Positions 25,614-36,344 are shown, numbered from the stretch's first letter. The stretch: DNA of 51,697 bases from a virus (IMGVR_UViG_3300011336_000274:1-51697); one strand, 5' to 3'. The notes: generated by a model not told the origin, from the letters alone. Made by a program: numbers and translations.

Positions 25614-27326
25614 ATGGCCACATACTTTTGGGTTGGTGGCACGGGAACTTGGAGTGGCACAGGAAATACGCAGTTTGCTGTAACTACAGGGGGGATTGCT
25701 ACTATTTTAAACCCTACCAACGCAGACACGGTAACTTTTGACGCCAACTCAGGTACAGCGGCTACAGTTACGGTTACGTCTACTGCGGTGTCTTTAAGCA
25801 CCACAATTAATAAATCAGACATTAACCTATCTTTGTCTGGAAGCCCTACGTTATGCACGGCGGCAGGTACTTGTACGCTGACTGCGGGAACTTTAACGCT
25901 TAACACTTTCACACTGACTACTGGGTCGTTTTCCTCAAACAATGCAAACGCACGAACAATAGCATTTGGCTCAGGAAACATTACAGTTAACGCTGTATCT
26001 GGAACTGTGTTTTCTGGCCCAACATCTACCAACACTGGGCTAACAATTACTGGAACGGCTCAAGTTAATGTAACGGGTAACGGCACAACTACAAGAACAG
26101 TTAACCCCGGAAATTCACTCGCCACTAGCGCACCAATTTCGTTTACCATCAGTAATGGTAGCGATACAATAAATTCCGCTGCTGGTATGACTTTTAATAA
26201 TCTTACGTTTACCAGCGGTTTTACAGGAACTTTTGGAAATGTTACTAGAAGTATTTTTGGAAGTTTAACTTTAAACTCTGCTATTAATTCTTTTTCTTCC
26301 GGGGCGTCCACACTTACCTTTAACGGTACTGGAAGCCAAACTATTACCACTGCAAATGAAACAATAGACTGTCCTATTACATTTGACAATGCCGCCGGCA
26401 CTTGGGCGCTACAAGACGCTTTGACGCTAGGTTCTACCCGTACTTGCACATTGACCACTGGCACGCTGAATTTAAATAACTACACACTGACTACTGGGGT
26501 ATTTAGCTCATCCAACTCCAATACCCGGGTATTGGCTTTTGGCACAGGCAAGATTGTTGTTACAGGAACAAACGCAAGCGTTTACAACACCTCAGTGGCA
26601 ACAGGCCTTACCATTACTGGCTCAAGAACGGTTGAGTTCACCGGGGTTGGTACAGGGGGGCAAATTCGCACTATCACTGGTGGAGTTACAACTACCGGCG
26701 GCACTGCTGCAACTGCGGTTGATTGTTATATTCAAGCCGGGGCGGATGCAATTGATTTTGGCACGGCTAACCGCACATACAGAACAATTAATTTTACTGG
26801 GTTTGGTTCTGGGGCAATTGCCGCCAATACTCGGCCCAATATTTACGGTGATTTGGTGTTGTCTTCTGGTGGGATGACCCTTAATGCTAGCACAAATACG
26901 TGGGCTTTTCGTGCAACTACAGTTCAAACCATTACCACTGCTGGATTAACTTTTGACTTCCCTGTTACGTTTGACGGAATTGGCGGCGTATGGGCCATGC
27001 AAGATGCCCTCACGCTAGGCTCCACTCAGCCACTGACATTTACCAACGGCACCCTACAACTCAAGTCGGGTACAACCAATACCGTAGGTTCTTTTGTCAC
27101 CACGGGTACAAACGTCAAGTACCTGCAAGCCACAACGCCCGGGTCACAGGCCACCATCAGCGACGCAAGCGGAACCGATGCGGTGACGTACCTGCACATC
27201 ACCGACAGCAACGCCACGGGAGGGGCGGTGTGGAACGCCACGTCAACAACCAACACAAACGGGGGTAATAATACGGGCTGGCTGTTTACCACGCTCCCCA
27301 CCTCTGGCTTTTTTGCATTTTTTTAA
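25614..27326 (+). CDS. adhesin-like tail fibre/receptor-binding protein
   Basis: Thr/Gly/Asn-rich beta-helix-like repeats (WAxQDALTLGST x2), YFWVGGTGTW start, GNNTGW end; lower GC. Confidence 0.7.
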   Translation: MATYFWVGGTGTWSGTGNTQFAVTTGGIATILNPTNADTVTFDANSGTAATVTVTSTAVSLSTTINKSDINLSLSGSPTLCTAAGTCTLTAGTLTLNTFTLTTGSFSSNNANARTIAFGSGNITVNAVSGTVFSGPTSTNTGLTITGTAQVNVTGNGTTTRTVNPGNSLATSAPISFTISNGSDTINSAAGMTFNNLTFTSGFTGTFGNVTRSIFGSLTLNSAINSFSSGASTLTFNGTGSQTITTANETIDCPITFDNAAGTWALQDALTLGSTRTCTLTTGTLNLNNYTLTTGVFSSSNSNTRVLAFGTGKIVVTGTNASVYNTSVATGLTITGSRTVEFTGVGTGGQIRTITGGVTTTGGTAATAVDCYIQAGADAIDFGTANRTYRTINFTGFGSGAIAANTRPNIYGDLVLSSGGMTLNASTNTWAFRATTVQTITTAGLTFDFPVTFDGIGGVWAMQDALTLGSTQPLTFTNGTLQLKSGTTNTVGSFVTTGTNVKYLQATTPGSQATISDASGTDAVTYLHITDSNATGGAVWNATSTTNTNGGNNTGWLFTTLPTSGFFAFF

Positions 27327-27335
27327 GGACAGACC

Positions 27336-28505
27336 ATGGCTGCATCAGGTTTCACCCCCATCAAGCTGTACTACAGCGCCACGGCTGCCGCCGTGCCCTT
27401 GCCCGCAGATTTATCGCCGGGCGAGCTGGCCATCAACACAAACGACGGCAAGCTGTTTTACAAGGACTCTAGCAGCGTGGTGCAGGTGATTGGCACCAAG
27501 GGTGGTGCAGGAGGCTCCAGCACCACTACCCAAGTCCTGTACAACAGCAGCGGGCTTGTGGTTGGTTCAGCTAATTTGACGTTTGACGGGAACAACCTGA
27601 CGGTGGGTAGCAGTGTCTCATCCGCCAATACCTTCGGCTTTAAGAACCGCATCATTAATGGTGCGTTTAATGTTGGGCAATACACCGGCGGGTCAGCAAG
27701 TGGATCGACAAATTGCTCAGTTTATGTTACAGATCGCTGGATAGGGCAAGGCAGCGGTGCTACGTGCGCGATTACTTCGACGGTGGCAAGCACCACGCTA
27801 CCAACAAGCAGCGTCCCACAAAAGGCTTTAACAGTAACTGCAAACGATGCAAGTAATGTTGGATTGGTGGTGGCGCAAAGGATTGAGGCTATCAACGTAG
27901 CCGACTTGCACAACCAAACCGTGGCCGTGCAAGCCTATGTGGCTACTAGCAACTCGGCTACGGTCACATGGACTGCGTACTACGCCAATACCGCCAATAC
28001 ATGGCAAGCTGTAGGAAGCGGCACTGCAATTACTTCTAGCGCAACTTCAATTGCTACGGGGACTTTCACCACAACGGCTTCCATTGCCCTAAAAACCCTG
28101 ACATTTTCTTTGGGGACTAATGCGTCTGCAAACGGGCTGATGTTTGTCTTTTCTTGCACTTCAACAGCCACGTCCAGCATTACTATCACAGGGGTGCAGC
28201 TTGAAAAAGGAACTGCAACCACGGCATTTGACTACCGGCCGTACACCACGGAGTTGACCTTGGCAAGCCGGTACTATGGGTTTTATGGAACCGTGGTTGG
28301 CACTTCAACGTTCATTAACCCAATTATTCCTAGAACAGCCATGCGTACCAACGCAACTGTAAGCGCCGTAAGTACACCAGCAGGCGCAGGCGCGGTGTAT
28401 TCTTTTACATCTTACGCTAGCGCCGCAGGCTTTGGCGCTGCGTTCCAAAGCACCGCACACAGCATAACCACGCAAGCAACCTTTAGCCTTAACTCGGAGC
28501 TTTAA
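27336..28505 (+). CDS. tail fibre protein
   Basis: [25 protein letters not shown]...[11 protein letters not shown]..ATxFDYRP motifs. Confidence 0.8.
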   Translation: MAASGFTPIKLYYSATAAAVPLPADLSPGELAINTNDGKLFYKDSSSVVQVIGTKGGAGGSSTTTQVLYNSSGLVVGSANLTFDGNNLTVGSSVSSANTFGFKNRIINGAFNVGQYTGGSASGSTNCSVYVTDRWIGQGSGATCAITSTVASTTLPTSSVPQKALTVTANDASNVGLVVAQRIEAINVADLHNQTVAVQAYVATSNSATVTWTAYYANTANTWQAVGSGTAITSSATSIATGTFTTTASIALKTLTFSLGTNASANGLMFVFSCTSTATSSITITGVQLEKGTATTAFDYRPYTTELTLASRYYGFYGTVVGTSTFINPIIPRTAMRTNATVSAVSTPAGAGAVYSFTSYASAAGFGAAFQSTAHSITTQATFSLNSEL

Positions 28506-28507
28506 TT

Positions 28508-28663
28508 ATGTACCAACTCTATGTAGCTCTCGGTGATACCTTCATTCGACGTTTGTCTGATAACGCTATTATCCCAATGGACACCGGCAACTCTGACTAC
28601 CGTGTGTACTTGGACTGGGTTGCGGAGGGCAACACCGCGCTCCCTGCCGATACGCCTGCGTAA
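28508..28663 (+). CDS. tail fibre assembly chaperone-like protein (51 aa)
   Basis: IPMDxxNSDYxxYLxWxxxGN motif directly after the fibre; GGAG SD; missed by ORF track. Confidence 0.7.
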   Translation: MYQLYVALGDTFIRRLSDNAIIPMDTGNSDYRVYLDWVAEGNTALPADTPA

Positions 28664-28664
28664 C

Positions 28665-29147
28665 ATGATCGATCCGTTCACCGCTTTTGCCGCTGCTCAG
28701 GCAGCCATAAAGGGGGTCCAAGCCGCAATCAAAATGGGCAAGGACCTTCAAGGCATCAGCGGTGACTTGATGAAGTTTTTTGAGGCGAAGGATGTCGTTG
28801 CAAAAGCGGCGTCCCAGCCCAAGAAGACATTTGGGAAGTCGGACACCGCGCAGGCATTTGAATCGGTCATGCACGCCAAGATGCTGCAAGACGCCGAGGA
28901 TGAACTCAAGCAGCACATGATCTGGTCAGGCAATGCGGACGTGTGGCAAGCAATTATGGTGGAGCGCAACAACATCGTGGCCAAACGCAAGTCTGAAGAA
29001 ATTGCGATGGAGAAGGCCAAGGCAAAGCGCAAGCAAGAGATCGAGGAAGCCATCACAATGGTTCTACTGGCGATTGCCGGTGCAGGCTTGGTGACTTTGG
29101 TGGCATGGGGAACCATGCAGTATGTTGATTTTATGGGGAGACACTAA
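28665..29147 (+). CDS. coiled-coil protein with C-terminal transmembrane helix (MIDPFTAFAAA...)
   Basis: Likely start ATG 28665; hydrophobic C-terminal stretch; precedes lysis genes. Confidence 0.7.
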   Translation: MIDPFTAFAAAQAAIKGVQAAIKMGKDLQGISGDLMKFFEAKDVVAKAASQPKKTFGKSDTAQAFESVMHAKMLQDAEDELKQHMIWSGNADVWQAIMVERNNIVAKRKSEEIAMEKAKAKRKQEIEEAITMVLLAIAGAGLVTLVAWGTMQYVDFMGRH

Positions 29148-29555
29148 ATGCTACTTGACTCAATACTCGGCATCGGCAACAAGCTGATCGATAAACTAAT
29201 TCCTGACCCCGAGGCCAAGGCCAAAGCCCAACTGGAGTTGGCAACGCTTGCCCAGAACGGCGAACTTGCCAAGATGGCAAACGACACCAAGATGTTTGAG
29301 GTGGAGCAACAAAACACCACAGACCGTTGGACAGCAGACATGGGGTCAGATTCTTGGCTATCCAAAAACATCCGCCCAATGGCCCTTATAGCCATCTTCG
29401 TGGGTTTCTTTACATTCACGATGATGTCGGCTTTTGGGTATAACGCCCAAGAAACTTACGTTCAACTTTTGGGGCAGTGGGGCCAGATTATTTTCTTGGC
29501 GTATTTTGGTGGCAGAACCGTTGAGAAACTGGCCGACATGAGGAGTAAAAAATGA
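29148..29555 (+). CDS. holin (3TM/GTA-holin-like)
   Basis: KLIPDP...RWxADMxSDSWLSKNIRP, two hydrophobic helices, YFGGRTxEK; adjacent to endolysin. Confidence 0.8.
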   Translation: MLLDSILGIGNKLIDKLIPDPEAKAKAQLELATLAQNGELAKMANDTKMFEVEQQNTTDRWTADMGSDSWLSKNIRPMALIAIFVGFFTFTMMSAFGYNAQETYVQLLGQWGQIIFLAYFGGRTVEKLADMRSKK

Positions 29556-29980
29556 ACTTCTCCCCGCACTTTACCCTTGAGGAACTTACCGTAACCGACC
29601 ACCGGACTCTGGACAACACCCCCAATGAATCAGAAATTGCAAACCTTGAACGCCTCGCAGCGTTTCTTGAAGACGTCAAAACGGTACTTGGAGGAAAGCC
29701 CATCATGGTCAACTCCGCCTTCAGGTCTAAACTCGTCAATGATGCTGTGGGCAGTTCTGATCGGTCTCAGCACCGCCTCGGCTGCGCTGCTGATATTCGT
29801 GTACCCACTATGACCCCCGATCAGGTGGTGCGGGCCATCATTGCTGCGGGTTTACCCTATGACCAGCTTATCAGGGAATTTGATCGCTGGACGCATCTGT
29901 CGGTGCCCAACGCTGTCGGCCTTGCACCCCGACGGCAGGCTCTTATAATCGACAAAACCGGCACCCGCCCGTTCGTTTAA
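29552..29980 (+). CDS. endolysin, peptidase M15 family
   Basis: SPHFTLEE...NSxFR...N..VG....SQHxxGxAAD...W-T-H zinc-binding motifs. Confidence 0.9.
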   Translation: MNFSPHFTLEELTVTDHRTLDNTPNESEIANLERLAAFLEDVKTVLGGKPIMVNSAFRSKLVNDAVGSSDRSQHRLGCAADIRVPTMTPDQVVRAIIAAGLPYDQLIREFDRWTHLSVPNAVGLAPRRQALIIDKTGTRPFV

Positions 29981-29989
29981 AGGGCCACC

Positions 29990-30211
29990 ATGGACGCGCA
30001 GACGCTAATCAATATCGGTTTGGGGCTCATAGGCTTCTTTGGGGGCTGGACGATTAATAGCATCACCCGGTCGGTGGAACGCCTTGATGTTGATGTCCGA
30101 GGTCTACAGCGGGAATACGTCACCAAGCAGGATTACCACCGAGACATCGACGAGATCAAGGCCATGTGCAAGCAGATTTTTGACAAACTTGATTCCAAGG
30201 CTGACAAATGA
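29990..30211 (+). CDS. small N-anchored membrane coiled-coil protein (lysis-associated?)
   Basis: N-terminal TM helix, YVxKxDY...IFDKLDxKADK. Confidence 0.65.
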   Translation: MDAQTLINIGLGLIGFFGGWTINSITRSVERLDVDVRGLQREYVTKQDYHRDIDEIKAMCKQIFDKLDSKADK

Positions 30212-30849
30212 CTACACCCGCCGCCGTCCTTACTTACGACAGCCTCACGTCCACGGTCCTCCAGTATCTGGAGCGTACTGATGCGGCGGTGGTTAATTTC
30301 CTTCCCATGGCCATCATGCTGGCCGAGTTTGAGATCGCGGAAAACATCAAGACCCTTGGTCAGATGCTTGTGGCCGATGGCAACATGAACACCGGCAACC
30401 CGGTGATAGCCAAGCCCGCACGGTGGCGCAAGACGGTGTCAATGACCCTGACCACCACGGCGGGCCAGAAACAGCCCATCCTCCTGCGCAAGCTGGAGTA
30501 CTTGAACAACTACGCCCCGGACGTTACCGCTACCGGCACGCCCCTCTACTACGCCGACTACGACGCCGACCACTGGTTCGTGGCGCCCACGCCCAGCAGC
30601 AGCTTTGCGTTCGAGACGCTTTGCTACACCCGTTTGCAGCCCTTGGCATCCGACAACCAGACCAACTGGCTGACTCAAAACGCTCCTAACGCCATGCTGT
30701 ACGGCACGCTGAAACAGACCGCGCCGTTCCTGAAGGACGACGCCCGCTTGCAGGTATGGAGCAGCCTGTTTGACGCCGCCCTAGCCGCGTTGAAGGCCGA
30801 GGATCAGCTTCGTATTGGTGACCGCCAAGCCATCGCACAGGACTCCTAA
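30208..30849 (+). CDS. tail adaptor / tubular protein A-like
   Basis: TYxSL...YLER...AE...GxPxYY...APTP...TNWL...P..LYGxL pattern. Confidence 0.7.
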   Translation: MTTPAAVLTYDSLTSTVLQYLERTDAAVVNFLPMAIMLAEFEIAENIKTLGQMLVADGNMNTGNPVIAKPARWRKTVSMTLTTTAGQKQPILLRKLEYLNNYAPDVTATGTPLYYADYDADHWFVAPTPSSSFAFETLCYTRLQPLASDNQTNWLTQNAPNAMLYGTLKQTAPFLKDDARLQVWSSLFDAALAALKAEDQLRIGDRQAIAQDS

Positions 30850-30851
30850 TC

Positions 30852-32069
30852 ATGACCTCCTACACCAACCCTTTTTCTGGCCAGACCATCAGCCCCTCGG
30901 CGGTCAGCTATGAGTCGCTGTCGATCAGCGTCACCACCGAGCTGCAGTGGCCAGTAAACGGCAACACCAACACGCCGGTGAGCAACATCATCGACGTCAC
31001 GGCCACCACGACCTCGCTGCTGCTGAAGATGCCTCCCGCGCAGCAGGTATCGACCGGGCAGTCCGTGCTGATCCGCAACGTCGGGTCCAACACCTTCACG
31101 GTGACCGACTACTCCGGCAACACCATCGTCGCCATAACCACGGGCATCGCGCAGTTCATCTTCATCACCGACAACACCACGACCAACGGGGTGTGGGCCT
31201 CGGTGGTGTTTGGTGCAGGCACGTCGTCGGCCAATGCCGCAGCGCTTGCCGGGTACGGCCTCTTGGCATCTGGGCTGACCTTGAACCAGATATACCCTGT
31301 CGTCTCCTACAGCTCAAACTACACGCTGACTGACGCCAATAGCGCCGACCTGAGTGTGTGGACTGGCGGCGCGGGAACCCTGACGCTGCCTTCTGCGTCC
31401 GCCGTAGGAACCGGCTGGTTTATTACCATCAAGAACAACGGAACAGGGGTGCTCACGCTTACGCCGTCGGGTACCGACACTATCGACGGAAACCCCAACC
31501 AACAACTGCAATTGGCCGAGTCGATAAGCCTTGTCTCCAACGGCATAAATTGGAACAGTTTTGGGATTGGCCGGTCCAACACCTTTGCGTACACCCTGCT
31601 ATCGGTGGCTGTTACCGGAGGGACGCTTACGCTGTCAGCAACGCAGGCCGCAAACACCATTCAGGTATACAGCGGCGTGCTAACCAGCAACGAGATTGTG
31701 ATTGTGCCGTCCACGGTGCAGTTGTACACCATCACCAACAACACAACGGGCTCGTACACCTTTACCGTTAAAACGTCGGTTTTTGGGGGCGCAACAATAA
31801 CCATAGCGCAGGGCACTTCGCTGGTGCTTATCTGCGACGGCACCAACGTCTACAACGCCGCTTCGGGAGCGGCCAGTACTATCACAGCCCTGACGCTAGG
31901 AAATGGCTCGCTATTGGTACCGTCTCTTAAATTCGCAAGCGACCTGAACACTGGCCTGTATTTGGCAAGTTCGGGCCAGCTCGGCTTTGTAGTCACCAAT
32001 CTTTTGGCGGGGTACTTTGATTCCTCGGGGCTTACCGTCACCAATGGCATCAGCGGGGGTACGTTCTAA
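30852..32069 (+). CDS. tail-associated structural protein
   Basis: Thr/Ser-rich beta protein with TLPxASAVGxGW and PSxxFxSDxNTGLY fibre motifs. Confidence 0.7.
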   Translation: MTSYTNPFSGQTISPSAVSYESLSISVTTELQWPVNGNTNTPVSNIIDVTATTTSLLLKMPPAQQVSTGQSVLIRNVGSNTFTVTDYSGNTIVAITTGIAQFIFITDNTTTNGVWASVVFGAGTSSANAAALAGYGLLASGLTLNQIYPVVSYSSNYTLTDANSADLSVWTGGAGTLTLPSASAVGTGWFITIKNNGTGVLTLTPSGTDTIDGNPNQQLQLAESISLVSNGINWNSFGIGRSNTFAYTLLSVAVTGGTLTLSATQAANTIQVYSGVLTSNEIVIVPSTVQLYTITNNTTGSYTFTVKTSVFGGATITIAQGTSLVLICDGTNVYNAASGAASTITALTLGNGSLLVPSLKFASDLNTGLYLASSGQLGFVVTNLLAGYFDSSGLTVTNGISGGTF

Positions 32070-35000
32070 TGACCCAAAAGGTCGTATCCATGGAAATCCC
32101 TGCGGGGATACAGCGGGACGGGACGCAGTTTGACGCCCCCTGTTTTACCGACGGCAAGTGGGTGCGCTTTCAACGCAATCGGCCCCGCAAGATTGGTGGG
32201 TATAACGCGGTGTTTCTGAACGCCTCGGGCGTGTCCCGTGGCATGGCCATGAGCACCGTCGATGGCTTTAACTACGTGGTGTCTGGGTATAACGGCGGCT
32301 TGGAGCAATGGATCACCAGCCCAACAGGTGGCGTTGGCTCGGGGCCGTACACATACACCCTGAACGACTTCACCTCGAGCACCAACAATCTGTGGCAGTT
32401 TGACATCGCCTACGACTCCACTGGAAACAACACCAACAACATCGTTGCGCACCCGGGGCAGAATCTGTCCTTCATGACCTCTTCCACGGATACCCCGGTG
32501 TTGTACGGCACGTTTCCGGGGAACTCCGGCTCCCTGTCCTTGTCCAAGGTGGGCGTGTTTACCGCCAGCGCCAACACCACGAACGGTAGCACTGCGGTGG
32601 TGCTGACGGCGGCCAATGCCCGCGTGGGCGCGGGCCAAGCGGTGACGGGCACCGGCATCCCCTCCTCCACCACGGTGTCGTCGGTGCTGGGCAATACGGT
32701 CACGCTATCCAACGCCGCCACAGCGTCGACCACGGCACCGCTGTCGGGTGTGGTTCTCACCGGCACGGCTGGGCAGTTCTCCTGCACGGCTACCACGGGA
32801 TTGGCTAACGGCCAGACGATCAACATCAGCGGGTCCACTACTCCCACGGCGCTGAGTGGCGTGTACGCCACCAACTCCTCGGGTCGTTTCAACTACAGCG
32901 GCGGCTCCGCGCTTTCGGTTGGAACACCGGTCACGATAAGCGGTGCCGCGACCAACACGGCCCTGAGCAGCGCCTACGCCATCAGCACCGCTGGGGGCTT
33001 TTCCTGCGCGGCGTCGGCCACCCCGCTCAGTGTCGGGCAACAGGTAATAGTCAGCGGGACCGCCACCGATACCGTGCTGGGCACCGTCTACGGCACGGAC
33101 ACCACCGCCAACTTCACTTGCACCAGCGCCACACCCTTGGCCATAGGCCAGATAGTCAGGGTGAGCGGCACGCCCACGTCGACCGGCTTGACCAACGTCT
33201 ACACCACAGGGCTGGCCGGAACTTTCTCGTGTACCAGTGTCAGCACCCTTGCGGTGGGCCAAACTGTATCCGTGACCGGGTCGGGCACGGCCACCACGTT
33301 AAGCGGCGTGTACTCCACCGGCGCAGCGGGAACTCTGGTGTGCAGCAACTCAAGCACCGTCTTGCAAGTTGGCCAGACCGTCACGACCACGGGCACCACC
33401 AGCACCACGGCGCTGTCTAGCGTCGTCATCACCGGCACGGCGGGCACCTTCCAGTGCGCGGCCTCGCCGGTTACTCTGTACGTGGGCCAGCCTGTTGTCA
33501 TCAGCGGCGTCTTCGGGGGCACGGGCAGCATTACCGGGTACGTCAACCCCACGACGTACTACATCATCACGACCAACGGGAGCACCACGTTCACGCTGTC
33601 GGCCAGCTTGGGCGGCGCGGCGGTAACTACCGTGGCGGGGACTCCAACGGGCGTGACGTACACCCTGAGCGCTGCCACGGGTTACAGCGCCGCGACGTAC
33701 TACATCATCGCCACCAACGGCGTGAACACCCTGACGCTGTCGGCCACCTCCGGAGGCGCGGCGGTGACGAGCACGGTGGGAGCAACCACGGGCCTTACTT
33801 TTGCGGCAAACGCCTTGACCATATCTGGGTCGACGCCGTACTACATCATCGCCACCAACGGCTCCTCCACGTTCACGCTGTCGGCCACGTCGGGCGGCGC
33901 TGCGGTAACGACCACCATCGGCGCGGGCACCGGGTTCACGTTTAGCGCCAATGCGCTGTCCATATCAGGGTACTCCACCCCAACTGATTACTTTGTGATC
34001 GCCACCAACGGCGCGTCCACGTTCCAGCTATCCACCACCTCTGGCGGGGCTGCGGTGACAACGACGTCTGGCCCGAGCACCGGCCTGACCTTTACGGCCA
34101 AGGCGTCCAACGTCGCTGCGGCCACGTACTACATCATCGCCACCAACGGCGGCACTACGTTCACGTTGTCCACCACGCCTACGGGTAGCGGGGCCACGGT
34201 GACCATTGGGCCTACCACGGGGCTTTCCGTGACCGCTCAGGCCACGGTCATTACCGGCTACACCAACCCCAAGGTGTACTACGTAATAGCCACGGACGGC
34301 GCGTCGTACTTCCAGCTATCCGCCACCAGCGGGGGTGGGGCCATCACGAACACGGTCGGGCCGGTGACGGGGCTGTCGTTCTCGTTGAACACGCCATCCG
34401 CCTTGAGCGGGGTGACCATCACCGGCACGGCGGGGCAGTTCTCTTGCAGCGCGTCGCCCGCGCTACTTCAGGTCGGCCAGCCCGTGGTGATCAGCGGCGC
34501 CTTTGGGGGCACCGGCTCCATAACGGGCTACCTGAACTCGACCACGTACTACATCATCACCACCAACGGCTCGACGACGTTCACGCTGTCCGCCACGCTA
34601 GGCGGCGCGGCCATCACCACCACGGCGGGGACGCCCACGGGCCTGACGTACACCCTGTCCGGCGCGGTGATAACGGGGTTCCCGGGAACCCCAAGCTACT
34701 ACATCATCGCCACCAACGGCACGACCACGTTCCAGATTTCTGCCACCTCGGGCGGCACGGCACTGGTGACGGCCATAGGCACCACGACCAACCTGAGCTT
34801 TTCTGTGTCCAACCCGGTCACGCTGACCTTCGACAACAACATCTCGGTATCCGGCGGGTGCATCGTGCTCCATCCGTACCTGTTCGTGTACGGCGACAAT
34901 GGCCTGATCCAGAACTCCAGCGCGGGCGACTTTGCCAACTGGGTGTCTGCTGACGCCAACTCGAACAACGTGGCCACCGGCAAGATCGTCAAGGGCCTAC

Positions 35001-36118
35001 CCATCAGGGGAGGCTCCACGTCGCCGTCTGGGCTGTTCTGGGCCGTCGACGCCTTGATCCGGGTGTCCTTCCAGCCGTCCTCGGCGGGCGGCCAGAACTT
35101 TTACTGGACCTACGACTTGGTGAGCAGCCAGACCTCCATCATGTCGTCAAGCTGCGTGATCGAGTACGACGGCATTTTCTACTGGATCGGCGTGGACCGG
35201 TTCCTGTCCTACAACGGCGCGGTCCAAGAGATACCGAACGATCTGAACCAGAACTATTTCTTCGACAACGTCAACATCGCCCAGCGCCAGAAGGTGTGGG
35301 CCAGCAAGGTGAGCCGGTATGGCGAGATATGGTGGTTCTACCCCAAGGGCGACGCCACCGAATGCACCGATGCCATCATCTACAACGTGCGCAACAAGTC
35401 ATGGTACGACGCCGGTGAGGCGCTAGGCGCCCGCCGCTCGGCAGGGGTGTTCTCTGAGGTGTTCCCTAAGCCTTTCTGGGCGGGCAACGAGTCCGAAGGC
35501 GTGGTATTTAGCCAAGAACTTGCCACGGTAAATACCACCACAACGCTGACGCTTAACTTGGCCGACAGCCGCATCCTTATTGGGATGGCTATTACCGGTC
35601 TTTATATACCGGTGGGGACAACAGTGCTCAACGTGGTGGGGACTACCGTCACCATGTCCAATGCCGCTACCAATAGCGGCACTATTACGGTCACCTTCAC
35701 CGGCGTCAACTACACCTTGTGGCAGCATGAGACGGGCTACGACGCCATCAACTTGACCAGCGTCACGGCCATCCAGAGCTATTTCGAGACCAACAACATC
35801 GGCACCTTGGGCGGGCTGGTGGGCACCAAGCAGCAGCCCGGCGACAACCTGTGGACACGGCTGGAGCGCGTGGAGCCTGACTTCGTGCAGACGGGCGCCA
35901 TGACGGTGACCGTCACGGGGCAGGGCTACGCCGACGACACCGTGGTGGATTCCAGCCCCTACTCGTTTGACCCCACTACGCTTAAAATCGACATGCGTGA
36001 ACAGCGCCGCGAGATGCGGTTGCGGTTTGAGTCCAACGTAGCAGGCGGCACCTACCAGACGGGCCGTGTGCTGCTATCCCTAACAACAGGCGACAGCCGA
36101 AGCACAGGAAACCCATGA
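32069..36118 (+). CDS. tail nozzle/stabilisation (tubular B-like) protein with a 692-aa nested repeat insertion
   Basis: Conserved-looking termini (WVRFQRNRPRKIGG; FYWIG...YNG.V...EIWWFYP) flank Thr/Gly-rich repeats at aa 225-916. Confidence 0.75.
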   Translation: MTQKVVSMEIPAGIQRDGTQFDAPCFTDGKWVRFQRNRPRKIGGYNAVFLNASGVSRGMAMSTVDGFNYVVSGYNGGLEQWITSPTGGVGSGPYTYTLNDFTSSTNNLWQFDIAYDSTGNNTNNIVAHPGQNLSFMTSSTDTPVLYGTFPGNSGSLSLSKVGVFTASANTTNGSTAVVLTAANARVGAGQAVTGTGIPSSTTVSSVLGNTVTLSNAATASTTAPLSGVVLTGTAGQFSCTATTGLANGQTINISGSTTPTALSGVYATNSSGRFNYSGGSALSVGTPVTISGAATNTALSSAYAISTAGGFSCAASATPLSVGQQVIVSGTATDTVLGTVYGTDTTANFTCTSATPLAIGQIVRVSGTPTSTGLTNVYTTGLAGTFSCTSVSTLAVGQTVSVTGSGTATTLSGVYSTGAAGTLVCSNSSTVLQVGQTVTTTGTTSTTALSSVVITGTAGTFQCAASPVTLYVGQPVVISGVFGGTGSITGYVNPTTYYIITTNGSTTFTLSASLGGAAVTTVAGTPTGVTYTLSAATGYSAATYYIIATNGVNTLTLSATSGGAAVTSTVGATTGLTFAANALTISGSTPYYIIATNGSSTFTLSATSGGAAVTTTIGAGTGFTFSANALSISGYSTPTDYFVIATNGASTFQLSTTSGGAAVTTTSGPSTGLTFTAKASNVAAATYYIIATNGGTTFTLSTTPTGSGATVTIGPTTGLSVTAQATVITGYTNPKVYYVIATDGASYFQLSATSGGGAITNTVGPVTGLSFSLNTPSALSGVTITGTAGQFSCSASPALLQVGQPVVISGAFGGTGSITGYLNSTTYYIITTNGSTTFTLSATLGGAAITTTAGTPTGLTYTLSGAVITGFPGTPSYYIIATNGTTTFQISATSGGTALVTAIGTTTNLSFSVSNPVTLTFDNNISVSGGCIVLHPYLFVYGDNGLIQNSSAGDFANWVSADANSNNVATGKIVKGLPIRGGSTSPSGLFWAVDALIRVSFQPSSAGGQNFYWTYDLVSSQTSIMSSSCVIEYDGIFYWIGVDRFLSYNGAVQEIPNDLNQNYFFDNVNIAQRQKVWASKVSRYGEIWWFYPKGDATECTDAIIYNVRNKSWYDAGEALGARRSAGVFSEVFPKPFWAGNESEGVVFSQELATVNTTTTLTLNLADSRILIGMAITGLYIPVGTTVLNVVGTTVTMSNAATNSGTITVTFTGVNYTLWQHETGYDAINLTSVTAIQSYFETNNIGTLGGLVGTKQQPGDNLWTRLERVEPDFVQTGAMTVTVTGQGYADDTVVDSSPYSFDPTTLKIDMREQRREMRLRFESNVAGGTYQTGRVLLSLTTGDSRSTGNP
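32741..34816 (+). repeat. nested array of 8 A-type and 8 B-type half-domain repeats
   Basis: A = LSGVxxTGxAGxFxC...LxVGQxVxxSG; B = YYIIATNGxxTFxLSxTxGG...TGLTF; order AAAAAAA BBBBBB AB B. Confidence 0.85.
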
Positions 36119-36342
36119 TCGCACAGGTCTACGATCCTCGGAACATGGAGTGGGACGCATGGTGCGCGCTCATGTCCGAGCTGTTTGCGGCCAACCAACT
36201 GGGTACCGTGCCCGAAGACAAGTGGCGGGACTGGGCCGATGCGCTGTCGGGTATTGGCCGGTTTCCGGGCGTTCCGGACAGCCGGGGTTTTGAGACATGG
36301 CAAGAATGGGCCTTCGCGCTCAATAACGCTTTAAGGAGATAG
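36115..36342 (+). CDS. small Trp-rich hypothetical protein
   Basis: ATGA coupling, AGGA SD. Confidence 0.75.
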   Translation: MIAQVYDPRNMEWDAWCALMSELFAANQLGTVPEDKWRDWADALSGIGRFPGVPDSRGFETWQEWAFALNNALRR

Positions 36343-36344
36343 AT

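Noticed and set aside
33413-34660. Near-identical repeat pair as a diversity-generating retroelement TR/VR
   Set aside because: Differences are not adenine-specific, both copies are coding, and no reverse transcriptase is present
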